Shown here in pieces: positions 55,764 through 64,000 of a stretch of 64,000 nt of DNA. A program made the position numbers and the translations under genes. The first letter of the stretch is position 1; each line of letters starts with the position of its first letter. The stretch comes from Escherichia phage vB_EcoM-UFV10, in the sequence record OP555981.1, one strand, 5' to 3'. The notes beneath the pieces are model-generated. The model was not told the origin of the DNA and searched no databases. It saw only the letters and a program-made list of their open reading frames with translations.

Positions 55764-55958
55764 TCAGTTTTCATTATTCCACCTAATCATTTCAAGATAT
55801 TGAACTAACTTAGCTTTAGATTTATCCAAATCCTTTTTAGCTGCTTCTATACCGTCGTATGAATATCCTTCACAATGCTCAACTGCTAATTGATATGAAT
55901 CTATTTCAACATCACGTGCTAATTTAATGATTTTTTCAAACTGTTCGTGTGTCAGCAT
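55764..55958 (-). CDS. hypothetical protein
   Basis: 64-aa ORF. Confidence 0.4.
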   Translation of the reverse strand: MLTHEQFEKIIKLARDVEIDSYQLAVEHCEGYSYDGIEAAKKDLDKSKAKLVQYLEMIRWNNEN

Positions 55959-55960
55959 AC

Positions 55961-56164
55961 TTAAACTCTCGTATTGTGATCGATAATTTCATCAAGAAAC
56001 ATATCTAAAGCTTCCACAGCATTATCAACTTTAGCTTCAAGTTCATCAATACCTTTATTTGCAATGCCTGACGAAAACCAAGCAAAGTCGCTAAGTTCCT
56101 CATCTGCTTTACGAATTAAAGCTACCAATTCCTTAATTTTATCCGCTTGTTCGATACTAATCAT
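55961..56164 (-). CDS. hypothetical protein
   Basis: 67 aa from internal [12 protein letters not shown]. Confidence 0.4.
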   Translation of the reverse strand: MISIEQADKIKELVALIRKADEELSDFAWFSSGIANKGIDELEAKVDNAVEALDMFLDEIIDHNTRV

Positions 56165-56352
56165 TATTCCACCACATATGAAAGAGAGAATATTGCACAT
56201 GCCATGTGAGTTGCAACTTCATCACACATATTATAACGTTTCTTAAGAAGTTCTACAAGTTTTTCACTAGTAACTTCATCCATGTTGACGAAAAAATCAC
56301 CATTAATGATGACGTAGATATTTCCTTCTTGATTGAGTGCTTCAATTTTCAT
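56164..56352 (-). CDS. hypothetical protein
   Basis: 62 aa from [11 protein letters not shown] (track start is TTG inside the leader). Confidence 0.4.
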   Translation of the reverse strand: MKIEALNQEGNIYVIINGDFFVNMDEVTSEKLVELLKKRYNMCDEVATHMACAIFSLSYVVE

Positions 56353-56380
56353 GATGTTCTCCTCTTTATCCGATAGTTGT

Positions 56381-56410
56381 ATAGTATAACAGCTCAAACG
56401 GAAAGTAAAC
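56381..56410 (-). promoter_or_regulatory. early promoter
   Basis: minus strand GTTTAC-18bp-TACTAT; part of a terminator-promoter cassette also seen at about 15150-15200. Confidence 0.5.
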
Positions 56411-56425
56411 CGGTAAAATGAAAAA

Positions 56426-56443
56426 AGTCTCCCGAAGGAGACT
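56426..56443 (-). terminator. UUCG-tetraloop hairpin
   Basis: AGTCTCC-cgaa-GGAGACT; flank identical to the soc terminator cassette, stem differs by compensatory changes. Confidence 0.55.
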
Positions 56444-56447
56444 AATG

Positions 56448-56834
56448 TTATTCGAGGGAAAGAAGATACTTACTCTGGTAAAACATCCCAGTAATATCAT
56501 CTATCGTGCTTTGGATGGCTGGAGGCATTTCTTTATAAATGCTGTTAGATTGGTCTAGTATGCGATCAATCATTTTAATTGTGTCGGTAGGAAGTTTACT
56601 GGCATCTGGAATTGAAGGCGTGTATTTTCTACCAGAATACCCCAAATATTGCTCACCAAATTTATCAATCAAATCTGGCAACTCGGAAAAAATAAAATCG
56701 TATGCTTTGTGTCTAGCATAACTTTTAGTTTCAAAATGTGCAGAATGAAAATAAGCTTGTGCAGCCATTAATAAACCTAAGTATTCATCTGCCTTTGAAG
56801 GTTTTCCACTTTGTGAAAAGTCGCTGAATTTCAT
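56448..56834 (-). CDS. hypothetical protein (rI.-1 position)
   Basis: 128-aa ORF upstream-adjacent to rI; hairpin downstream. Confidence 0.45.
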   Translation of the reverse strand: MKFSDFSQSGKPSKADEYLGLLMAAQAYFHSAHFETKSYARHKAYDFIFSELPDLIDKFGEQYLGYSGRKYTPSIPDASKLPTDTIKMIDRILDQSNSIYKEMPPAIQSTIDDITGMFYQSKYLLSLE

Positions 56835-57124
56835 TCAGTCTCCAATTTAATGTTCATAATTCTAGCGTATGATTGTGCCATCTCCGCGCCTCGTTCTATA
56901 CATTCAAAATCAGAAGAGCACGGGTCATTTTTATAGGTCGTTCTCATAAAACTATAGAATTGTTCAGACGATTCTACGCTTTTATTTTCAAAAAGTGTAT
57001 AAACGTGCCTAATACCAGATTCCATAAATTTATCAAAATGAGGATCGACATTCGCTTCAATTGATGGAGATAAAACAAATGACAATCCTAGCATGGCAAA
57101 AAGTGCCGTTGCTTTTAAGGCCAT
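56831..57124 (-). CDS. rI: lysis inhibition regulator rI (periplasmic, signal-anchored)
   Basis: 97 aa; MALKATALFAMLGLSFVLSPSIEANVDPHFDKFMESGIRH... matches T4 rI as remembered. Confidence 0.8.
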   Translation of the reverse strand: MALKATALFAMLGLSFVLSPSIEANVDPHFDKFMESGIRHVYTLFENKSVESSEQFYSFMRTTYKNDPCSSDFECIERGAEMAQSYARIMNIKLETE

Positions 57125-57136
57125 AAAGGCCTCCTA

Positions 57137-57349
57137 TCATTTTTGTCCTGTATTTACTTTATGCCGATGCACGGCCTTAACTTTATCAAGGTATTTTTCA
57201 AAATTTCGCAATCTAGTATAGTCTGCCGGAGATTGGTTGAGTGATACTTCTCGACGCAAAGCTGAAATGATATTTCCAACTTCCCTACGAATTTCATCTA
57301 ATTGAAGCACAGTAAGATTGCGAAGTTGCTTTTCAGTTAATTGTAGCAT
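57137..57349 (-). CDS. hypothetical protein (rI.1 position)
   Basis: 70-aa ORF; coordinates taken from the ORF track. Confidence 0.4.
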
Positions 57350-57391
57350 ATATACCCCTTTAGTTAGATAAACCTATTTATAACTTTTGCA

Positions 57392-57973
57392 CTAACCGAG
57401 CTTTTTAGTTAATTCATTCCAATGTTTTCTACACAAAGAAACATAAATTTCATCACCAATACAGATTTGATTACCTTCTTTAACTGGTGTTCCATCTTCC
57501 ATTAATCGAGCTGTCATAATCGCTTTTTTACCGCAATGACAAACTGCCTTTAGTTCAATAAGTTTATCTGCAATCGCTAAAAGTTCTTTAGAACCTTCAA
57601 ACAATTTTCCAGCGAAATCAGTCCTTAATCCATAAGCCATAACAGGAACATTATATGTATCAACAATTCGACTTAATTGATGCACCTGTTCAGTTTTTAA
57701 AAACTGAGCTTCATCTACAAATACGCAATGAATATCTTTTTGTGCTTCAGCCCATTTATAGAACTCGAAAATATCCATATCATCTGTAATAATATTCGCT
57801 TCCTGTTTAATTCCAATGCGAGAAACAACTTCACAGACAGAATCGCGAGTATCAATAGCAGGCTTAAGAACTAATACACTCATTCCACGTTCTTTATAAT
57901 TATGTGCAGCAGTCAAAAGAGAAGCAGATTTTCCAGCATTCATTGCTGCATAAGTAAAAATTAAACTCGCCAT
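57392..57973 (-). CDS. tk: thymidine kinase
   Basis: 193 aa as T4 Tk; P-loop AAMNAGKSASLL; C-terminal zinc ligands. Confidence 0.85.
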   Translation of the reverse strand: MASLIFTYAAMNAGKSASLLTAAHNYKERGMSVLVLKPAIDTRDSVCEVVSRIGIKQEANIITDDMDIFEFYKWAEAQKDIHCVFVDEAQFLKTEQVHQLSRIVDTYNVPVMAYGLRTDFAGKLFEGSKELLAIADKLIELKAVCHCGKKAIMTARLMEDGTPVKEGNQICIGDEIYVSLCRKHWNELTKKLG

Positions 57974-57982
57974 ATCACCTTC

Positions 57983-58168
57983 TTAAAGCGTATTCACATA
58001 AGCTATTAATTCATTTTCTTTCTTATCAAACCGATCAGCAAATTCTTCCTGCTGCTCGGGAGATAGCGGGCCGTATTCATCATAAAAGGTGTTTGCTTCT
58101 ATATGCTCATCTAGAAGTTCATGGATAAGCTCAAACAATTTATCTTTTTGTTCTTTGCTTAGACTCAT
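57983..58168 (-). CDS. hypothetical protein
   Basis: 61-aa acidic ORF. Confidence 0.4.
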   Translation of the reverse strand: MSLSKEQKDKLFELIHELLDEHIEANTFYDEYGPLSPEQQEEFADRFDKKENELIAYVNTL

Positions 58169-58334
58169 ATATTAATTTCCAGGAGTTTTAAAATAATTCG
58201 CTTTTGCTTAAATATTTCCATAGTTAAATGACCAGTATCTTTTTGACCGATTCCAATGGCAAAACCTTTATTAACAGCGAGTTCAATTAAATTATCAAGC
58301 TCACGTAACACTTCGTATTGTAACTCAAAACTAT

Positions 58335-58541
58335 TCATTTTGGTTTACCTTCTTTAACGAAATCAGGATAAGGGTAAAATCCTGAATAAAATCCTTCACC
58401 TTTATGATTGATGCATCCTTTATTAGAACAATAGCACCAATAATCGAAATCACAAGCCATTTCATCGTTGCATAAAGCAAAAACAACCGGCCACTTACAC
58501 TTTTCACAGTGGGCATTTTTAAGAATACTAGTTTGGCTCAT
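58335..58541 (-). CDS. Cys-rich putative zinc-binding protein
   Basis: 68 aa from ATG overlapping upstream stop (ATGA); CEKCKW...CNDEMACDFDYWCYCSNKGC. Confidence 0.4.
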   Translation of the reverse strand: MSQTSILKNAHCEKCKWPVVFALCNDEMACDFDYWCYCSNKGCINHKGEGFYSGFYPYPDFVKEGKPK

Positions 58542-58750
58542 AACCATGTAACCTTTAAGCAATATTCTTCTACATGTTGTTTACGACCTTTCTTATCAAT
58601 AAAGGTATATTCAACGAATGTTCCAATGTAGTCTTTATCTACATCATGTGGACTATTAATTGGACATTTAGTACGGCAAATGCGTTCCCATTGACGAATA
58701 ATTTCCACTTTGTTTTTAGGATCAAACGGATGTGGGTAATGTACTTTCAT
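58538..58750 (-). CDS. hypothetical protein
   Basis: 70-aa ORF. Confidence 0.4.
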   Translation of the reverse strand: MKVHYPHPFDPKNKVEIIRQWERICRTKCPINSPHDVDKDYIGTFVEYTFIDKKGRKQHVEEYCLKVTWL

Positions 58751-59201
58751 AATCCACCACTATTAAATCAATATCAGGAGTAAACATGTCGATTAATTTA
58801 GAAACCTTATCCCAATCGCCGCCAGCAATACCACAACCTATGCGTGGAATGTAAATTACTGGTTTAAACAAAAGGGTTTCTGCCTGTAGATTTAATTCTA
58901 TCATGCAGTTTACTAAAGCACCATAATCAAGATTAGGACCTGGTTCGTATTGCGTATACAAGTTATAACATATGCCAAAACCATTAGGTTTATGTTTAAA
59001 AACAATAGACATATCGCCTAATTTATCACGAGAACCGTACTCGGTAGTGGTTTTATCTATTTCTAAAATTTTGGGATAGGCTCTTGCTAATTGACCAGCT
59101 ACACCACTGCCCATTGTATGAAAACAATTGCACCCGTGCGCAATAATATTACCTTCAAGAAAGAGGGCGACAATATCGCCCTTGATATATTTTACAATCA
59201 T
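58722..59201 (-). CDS. macro-domain protein (ADP-ribose binding/hydrolase fold)
   Basis: 159 aa; IIAHGCNCFHTMGSGVAGQLARAYP and IPRIGCGIAGGDW resemble macro-domain glycine-rich loops. Confidence 0.5.
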   Translation of the reverse strand: MIVKYIKGDIVALFLEGNIIAHGCNCFHTMGSGVAGQLARAYPKILEIDKTTTEYGSRDKLGDMSIVFKHKPNGFGICYNLYTQYEPGPNLDYGALVNCMIELNLQAETLLFKPVIYIPRIGCGIAGGDWDKVSKLIDMFTPDIDLIVVDYESTLPTSV

Positions 59202-59545
59202 CTAGTACTCAATCCTCGATTATAAGAATCTACCAAACGGTCAACCATTGAATGACAAGCGGCTTTATCTTTCTCCTCCGCAACTGAACATTCTAAGGTA
59301 TTCCACTTTTTAGCATATCGTTTTAATAATGTATCGTTTTTGTATCTGCTTGATTTATCTCTTTCTCCGTCTTTATATGCATATATTAATTTCTGCGCAA
59401 ATTCAGCTTGGCATGCTTTATTTTTCCCACAATAATCTGCCGCAGTGCGGTTCACATACTCCCTAATTTCAGTATATGATGTATCTGCTGACGCATAAGC
59501 AGAAAATGAAATTAATCCTATACATAAAACCAAAATTTTAGTCAT
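59198..59545 (-). CDS. secreted protein (signal peptide)
   Basis: 115 aa; signal peptide MTKILVLCIGLISFSAYASA; Cys-containing mature part. Confidence 0.45.
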   Translation of the reverse strand: MTKILVLCIGLISFSAYASADTSYTEIREYVNRTAADYCGKNKACQAEFAQKLIYAYKDGERDKSSRYKNDTLLKRYAKKWNTLECSVAEEKDKAACHSMVDRLVDSYNRGLSTR

Positions 59546-60083
59546 TTACTATTTCCAAAAGTTTATTATTTTTAAGGTAGTTAGCCTTTTCTAGGACTTC
59601 AGAAGCATATTTAGAACCTGCTTTAACATTCCATCCCGAATTATAAGAGGATATTGCTTTTCTTATATCGCCCTTATGTATATTTAACCAATAAGAAAGT
59701 TCAATGTACGCCCAGGAAGCTGAATTGGATCGTTTATTCAACATTCTTTTTATTTCAGCATCGGTCATATTATAACCAAGTTCCTTAACTCTTGCTCGCA
59801 TAGTAGGCAAATAATTTTGGAACATTCCATAAGCGTGATGCTTTGGTTTAGATTTTAAATTAACTCCGCCAGAGCTTTCTTGCCATAAAATAGCAGCCAT
59901 TATATGACCTAATCCGCTCTTGTGGATATTTTTATGTGTTTTATATTTTCCATCCTTAGAAAACTGTTCCCCGAATTGATACGCGTAACGCATGTTATCG
60001 AGTTGGACATTACTGAAAGTATGCTCGGAGCTATGTGCCATCATTGAAATGGCCAATAGACCAGCGAGTAGTGCTTTTCTCAT
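59538..60083 (-). CDS. lytic transglycosylase-like protein (SLT domain) with signal peptide
   Basis: 181 aa; signal peptide; SLT motifs WQESSGG and AYGMFQ. Confidence 0.55.
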   Translation of the reverse strand: MRKALLAGLLAISMMAHSSEHTFSNVQLDNMRYAYQFGEQFSKDGKYKTHKNIHKSGLGHIMAAILWQESSGGVNLKSKPKHHAYGMFQNYLPTMRARVKELGYNMTDAEIKRMLNKRSNSASWAYIELSYWLNIHKGDIRKAISSYNSGWNVKAGSKYASEVLEKANYLKNNKLLEIVND

Positions 60084-60090
60084 GCTTACC

Positions 60091-60552
60091 TCATTGAGTT
60101 TTAATTACTGCTTTAGAAGCCTTTCCTGGTAAACGACGACTGTTAATAATTGCCATCCTGCATTGAAGCGACGGGTCTTTGAACTTCGCATTAGGTTTAC
60201 AAACTGTAAATCCAAGCCAAAGATTTCCATCTGTGATTTCTAAACGTCCAGGACGATATTCAACCCCATCAATAAAATCCTCGTCAATGTCAGGACGCGG
60301 AGGCATACTCAGGAATTCATTAACTTCTAAAACATGGTCTTTTATTTTATGGAATAATTCAAAAACGTATGTCTCATCAATCTCCCGTTGAATTGCGCGA
60401 TCAAGAAGATGTTGAGAATATTTTAGATGAAACGATGAGACCCCTGCTGCTTTTGATGCCTCACGAATCTCATTGTTAATTTGACGAAACTCCGACTCAA
60501 AGTGACGACGAAGCTTATTTCGACGGATAAAAACTTCTGTGTTGATAGTCAT
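60091..60552 (-). CDS. regB: RegB endoribonuclease
   Basis: 153 aa as T4 RegB; position between the vs-region and tk-proximal genes. Confidence 0.7.
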   Translation of the reverse strand: MTINTEVFIRRNKLRRHFESEFRQINNEIREASKAAGVSSFHLKYSQHLLDRAIQREIDETYVFELFHKIKDHVLEVNEFLSMPPRPDIDEDFIDGVEYRPGRLEITDGNLWLGFTVCKPNAKFKDPSLQCRMAIINSRRLPGKASKAVIKTQ

Positions 60553-60611
60553 GTTATTCTCCTCTTAACTGATAGAAAAATTATACCACAGTCAAGAGGA
60601 AAAGTAAACAG

Positions 60612-60890
60612 TTATTCTTTAAATCTAATCAATTTATTCATAGACTTTGAAACTTCTGTACGAACCTCATGTAGATTTTTGAGTTGTTCAAGACGCTGCG
60701 TATAGTAAGCAATTTCATCTTCTTCGAGACAGTCCTGTGAATCTTCTTTAAGATAGCGTGCATAGTCCTGGAAAGCGTTACGGATTACTTCCTGGAAATC
60801 ATCAAGACTTTGAATTTTCTTAGGAGCAGCAGATACACGACGAGGGGCAGTATAATACTCATAACCAAACCCTGCGCTTAATTGAGCCAT
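60612..60890 (-). CDS. hypothetical protein
   Basis: 92 aa from internal ATG behind AGAGG (track start is GTG). Confidence 0.4.
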   Translation of the reverse strand: MAQLSAGFGYEYYTAPRRVSAAPKKIQSLDDFQEVIRNAFQDYARYLKEDSQDCLEEDEIAYYTQRLEQLKNLHEVRTEVSKSMNKLIRFKE

Positions 60891-61156
60891 TAGTATTTTT
60901 CCTCTGGTTGGAACACAGCACGACAAGCCCACATACTGGCTTCTTTGAGTTTCGTTTTAGCAATAGTTAACTGATCGAGGCTTTCGGCGTAATTCTTCGC
61001 GAGTTCATCATCTTCACAGCTATCAAATGCTTCCCAAAATTCATCGTATAAAGCATCAAAGATAAGTCCTAAACGAACTTCAGCGTCTTTAATAGCATTT
61101 ACTTTACCGATTTTTTCGTCGGTATGTGGCTTATAACCTTTAATATCTTCAATCAT
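60890..61156 (-). CDS. hypothetical protein
   Basis: 88 aa from internal ATG behind GAGGAA (track start is TTG). Confidence 0.4.
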   Translation of the reverse strand: MIEDIKGYKPHTDEKIGKVNAIKDAEVRLGLIFDALYDEFWEAFDSCEDDELAKNYAESLDQLTIAKTKLKEASMWACRAVFQPEEKY

Positions 61157-61370
61157 ATTTGACTTCCTCACCAGTACATAAATCGTATTCAACTAAACGA
61201 ATAGGTTCATGAATGCCATATCCCTGAACAGAAATTTCTGTCGTAGGATAAATTCCATCAATATCACCCATATTCCAGGCTTCGTTAAATTGCTGTTCGC
61301 CTGAATTACTAAACCACTCGGCGAAAGCATTTAGCACATCTTTAGAACCTTCAATAATTATCTTTGCCAT
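61149..61370 (-). CDS. hypothetical protein
   Basis: 73-aa ORF. Confidence 0.4.
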   Translation of the reverse strand: MAKIIIEGSKDVLNAFAEWFSNSGEQQFNEAWNMGDIDGIYPTTEISVQGYGIHEPIRLVEYDLCTGEEVKYD

Positions 61371-61732
61371 TACAAACTCTCGGTAAAGGTACGAGCGATA
61401 ACGTCGCGCTGCTGTTCCGGAGTCAGAGAGTTAAAGCGAACTGCATAACCGGATACACGGATGGTCAGCTGCGGATATTTTTCCGGATGCTTAACTGCAT
61501 CTTCCAGAGTTTCACGACGCAGAACGTTAACGTTCAGGTGTTGACCACCTTCAATTTTAACTGTAGGCTGTTGCTCAATTTCAATTTCACGGGCATGCAA
61601 ACCGTAGAAAATTTCTGGGTCTACAAAAGAGTCCTCTTTAAAAGTTTTAGAGACAATAATTCGTGCTTGAATACCATCTTCAAAATAAATAGTACCTTTA
61701 TGCGTGCCTTCAAGAATTTGATATGCTTTCAT
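61370..61732 (-). CDS. autonomous glycyl radical cofactor (GrcA/YfiD-like spare-part protein)
   Basis: 120 aa; C-terminal [59 protein letters not shown] resembles E. coli GrcA; 3' half GC-rich. Confidence 0.75.
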   Translation of the reverse strand: MKAYQILEGTHKGTIYFEDGIQARIIVSKTFKEDSFVDPEIFYGLHAREIEIEQQPTVKIEGGQHLNVNVLRRETLEDAVKHPEKYPQLTIRVSGYAVRFNSLTPEQQRDVIARTFTESL

Positions 61733-61739
61733 ATAAACC

Positions 61740-62069
61740 TCAATTAGAAAATAAATTTATCCAAGATTGTTCTTTAATTAAAAATGGCTCAGAATCATAT
61801 GCCATTAAACTCTGCGTGATTAGTCCTTTAAAAGGTCCATCAATAAATTCCATGGTAAAATATGGAATTTTATTCATTAGCCGTGCGTTAGGAGCAGTAC
61901 ATAAAACTCTGCATCCTTTGAATACGCCTTTTTGTAATTTGTATTGCTTAGGATAAAATTCGCTCAAGACGTTGTTATTTGCCAAAATTTCAAAATGATT
62001 CACCAATTTATTTTTAATAGTTTTTGGCGAAAAATAAAGATATTCGAAAAGTTGCGTGTCTGTCATCAT
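61740..62069 (-). CDS. hypothetical protein coupled to upstream P-loop gene
   Basis: 109 aa from ATG overlapping upstream stop (ATGATGA). Confidence 0.4.
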   Translation of the reverse strand: MMTDTQLFEYLYFSPKTIKNKLVNHFEILANNNVLSEFYPKQYKLQKGVFKGCRVLCTAPNARLMNKIPYFTMEFIDGPFKGLITQSLMAYDSEPFLIKEQSWINLFSN

Positions 62070-62605
62070 TGCATTCCGATTATGAAAAACTGTGGACGAG
62101 TAATACCACCAATGCAACATTTAATATTACAGCAGCAGTGTACAGTTTCAATATGGACACTATAAATCTTATCCATATCAGGAGATTTGACAGGTTCATC
62201 AATTATATACAAAATTCGCGAAAGCGATAAACCTCTGAACTTGCTTCCTTTATTACCAATAAAACTGCGCACAGAATCAGCAAATAAACGAAAACGTATA
62301 TCATCATTAGAATAACGCGAAAATTCCTTTTTAATGTTATTTGAAGAAATTTTAGCGTAAGCTGAAGTATTAGAAAGAACAATAACTGTTCCGCCATCAT
62401 ACAACCAATTAGCGGCAAAATTAGTTACTGCAGTTGATTTACCGGATTGACGTCCACCATCTAGTCGAAGTGTGCAATACTGCTTAAGTAAGTCTTCAAA
62501 TGGTGGGATATAATCGTTTTTACAAATTTCTTCTACTCTAGCGTCAGAATGGTGTGTAAAAGCATTCATCAGGGATAGATAAGGACCAGTTAAAAATGTT
62601 CTCAT
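62066..62605 (-). CDS. small P-loop NTPase with Cys-rich C-terminus
   Basis: 179 aa from ATG MRTFLTG behind GAGAGAATAAA; Walker A GGRQSGKST, Walker B ILYIIDEP; tail HCCCNIKCC. Confidence 0.45.
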   Translation of the reverse strand: MRTFLTGPYLSLMNAFTHHSDARVEEICKNDYIPPFEDLLKQYCTLRLDGGRQSGKSTAVTNFAANWLYDGGTVIVLSNTSAYAKISSNNIKKEFSRYSNDDIRFRLFADSVRSFIGNKGSKFRGLSLSRILYIIDEPVKSPDMDKIYSVHIETVHCCCNIKCCIGGITRPQFFIIGMQ

Positions 62606-62758
62606 TTTATTCTCTCTAAATTTGGGCCATTCCATGGCGCATGAATTGTCCATTTCTGTATTTACCCATTACCGCACTTGGGCTCGACCTTATTACAGGT
62701 TGGCGGGAATCCCTCACAGAATCATGAGGTCCAGCTTGTTCCCATATTTCTTATTTGC

Positions 62759-63232
62759 TTATTTGAATGATTTAACGTACTGAATAGAACCTTTACTATT
62801 CACAAAGGCAATTTTACCATTTTTGTTATACATAGTAGCAGTACGTTGATAGCCATAAGTTTGTTTACCAGATTGATAACCAACTAATGCGAAATTATCT
62901 TCACCCATTTTATTCTGTTTAGCGCGAATGCGTTCATGACCATGTGCCATAAGAACCTTAGCATCACCAGTTGCAATGGACCGACGAGTTTTTTCATCTT
63001 CAACTGTATTAACAAAGTCGTCAAATGAATCAAATTTAGCATGAGATTTATTATACAGTTTTCCATCTACTGCATAATTATATCCTTGTACATCCATCTC
63101 AACTTCTGTACCATCATCTAATACCGCAGTAATTTTCTGTCCTTTTTTAAATTTCAAAAGATCAGTAAAAGATTCAGCAATAATTTGAGAATTAATAGCT
63201 GCTTCAGTAATAAATTCTTTATACGTTTTCAT
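62759..63232 (-). CDS. internal head protein with capsid targeting sequence
   Basis: 157 aa; N-terminus MKTYKEFITEA like the T4 IPII/IPIII CTS; adjacent to e. Confidence 0.65.
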   Translation of the reverse strand: MKTYKEFITEAAINSQIIAESFTDLLKFKKGQKITAVLDDGTEVEMDVQGYNYAVDGKLYNKSHAKFDSFDDFVNTVEDEKTRRSIATGDAKVLMAHGHERIRAKQNKMGEDNFALVGYQSGKQTYGYQRTATMYNKNGKIAFVNSKGSIQYVKSFK

Positions 63233-63248
63233 GTGTATCCTTTAATTT

Positions 63249-63566
63249 TTATTCTTTAGGGAAGTTTTTAGAATATGCATCATAAAGCTTATTTCCAATA
63301 CGGCGGAAAACTCTAGCCGCAAAACGATTTTCTGGGTTTTTAATCATGATTTGCATCATATAAGTACCCGCGTCAGAAAGAGCTTCTTCATAGTACCCGT
63401 TAATTTCTTTAAGAGTCCTACGTTTACCACCAGGACCATCAACAGTGATTTTCCATTTACCTGTAGAAGTGCGACTTGGCGGTTCAACTTGTTCAATCCA
63501 GATATAACCGCCTTCTACACGCTGTCCTGCAACAGATTCTGCAATAAATTCTTTATACGTTTTCAT
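63249..63566 (-). CDS. internal head protein with capsid targeting sequence
   Basis: 105 aa; N-terminus MKTYKEFIAES; basic; directly downstream of e. Confidence 0.65.
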   Translation of the reverse strand: MKTYKEFIAESVAGQRVEGGYIWIEQVEPPSRTSTGKWKITVDGPGGKRRTLKEINGYYEEALSDAGTYMMQIMIKNPENRFAARVFRRIGNKLYDAYSKNFPKE

Positions 63567-63603
63567 GTGTTTCCTTTAAATATTTTAATTAGTAACTGTG
63601 AAT

Positions 63604-63633
63604 ATACTATCACAGTTTTAGGAGAAAGTAAAC
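63604..63633 (-). promoter_or_regulatory. promoter for the internal protein gene
   Basis: minus strand GTTTAC-18bp-TAGTAT upstream of the 63566 start; approximate. Confidence 0.4.
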
Positions 63634-63637
63634 AACT

Positions 63638-64000
<363 letters not shown>

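Noticed and set aside
6090-56450. CRISPR-like array suggested by a recurring ~45-nt element (ATCCGTATCAGTTGATAGTTGTATAGTACC...)
   Set aside because: The copies are widely and irregularly spaced (about 6.1, 25.1, 51.3, 52.8, 56.4 kb), each sits immediately upstream of a gene start, and they contain promoter -35/-10 and SD features. There are no short regular spacers or cas genes.
58331-58516. Membrane-like ORF 58331-58516 in the alternative frame of the Cys-rich gene
   Set aside because: The overlapping frame 58335-58541 starts in an ATGA overlap with the upstream gene and encodes a plausible zinc-binding protein. The alternative frame has no coupled start.
59198-59545. Assigning this ORF as vs (valyl-tRNA synthetase modifier) on size and position
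   Set aside because: The protein has a clear N-terminal signal peptide and would be exported, which fits poorly with a cytoplasmic synthetase modifier. Left as an unnamed secreted protein.
61740-62653. A single frameshifted P-loop pseudogene spanning both ORFs
   Set aside because: The two frames meet in an ATGATGA start-stop overlap typical of translational coupling in this genome, so two separate genes is the simpler reading. The odd Cys-rich tail of the first ORF remains unexplained.
62654-62758. tRNA or small RNA gene in the GC-rich intergenic segment
   Set aside because: No cloverleaf hallmarks (no GTTCGA-type T-loop with matching acceptor stem) on either strand, only short hairpins. 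Kept as a low-confidence structured region in the findings.

Overview
This window is the early/middle-gene arm of a T-even (T4-like) myovirus, running from rIIA (window start) to a 3'-truncated lysozyme gene e (window end). Almost all genes are on the minus strand, tightly packed with ATGA/TAATG start-stop overlaps. Recognisable core genes in order: rIIA, fused topoisomerase gene 39, dexA, dda, modA/modB, soc, 56, 61, sp, dmd, 41, 40, uvsX, a glycosyltransferase, 42, imm, 43, regA, 62, 44, 45, rpbA, 46, 47, a-gt, 55, nrdG, nrdD, 49, nrdC, rI, tk, regB, internal proteins, e. Gene identities rest on remembered T4 protein sequences, lengths and synteny, not on any database search. The genome is T4-like but not T4 itself: gene 39 is a single 605-aa ORF (no separate gene 60 or mobA), nrdD is uninterrupted, and the beta-gt position holds a different 280-aa GT-A glycosyltransferase. 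Regulatory signals are typical T4: early promoters (GTTTAC / 17 bp / TATAAT-like), MotA-box middle promoters, two TATAAATA late promoters, and many minus-strand hairpins with UUCG loops. I did not find one decisive new system. The best candidates sit in accessory blocks: a tandem array of four coiled-coil paralogs, an ATPase / nucleotidyltransferase / membrane-protein cluster, a perfect 99-bp in-frame duplication in modA, a plus-strand HNH endonuclease, and a small protein near gene 61 carrying an internal-protein-like capsid-targeting N-terminus. The ORF track translates GTG/TTG starts as M, so several starts were trimmed to the first in-frame ATG behind a Shine-Dalgarno; features I derived by hand (small ORFs, promoters, hairpins) may be off by 1-2 nt.
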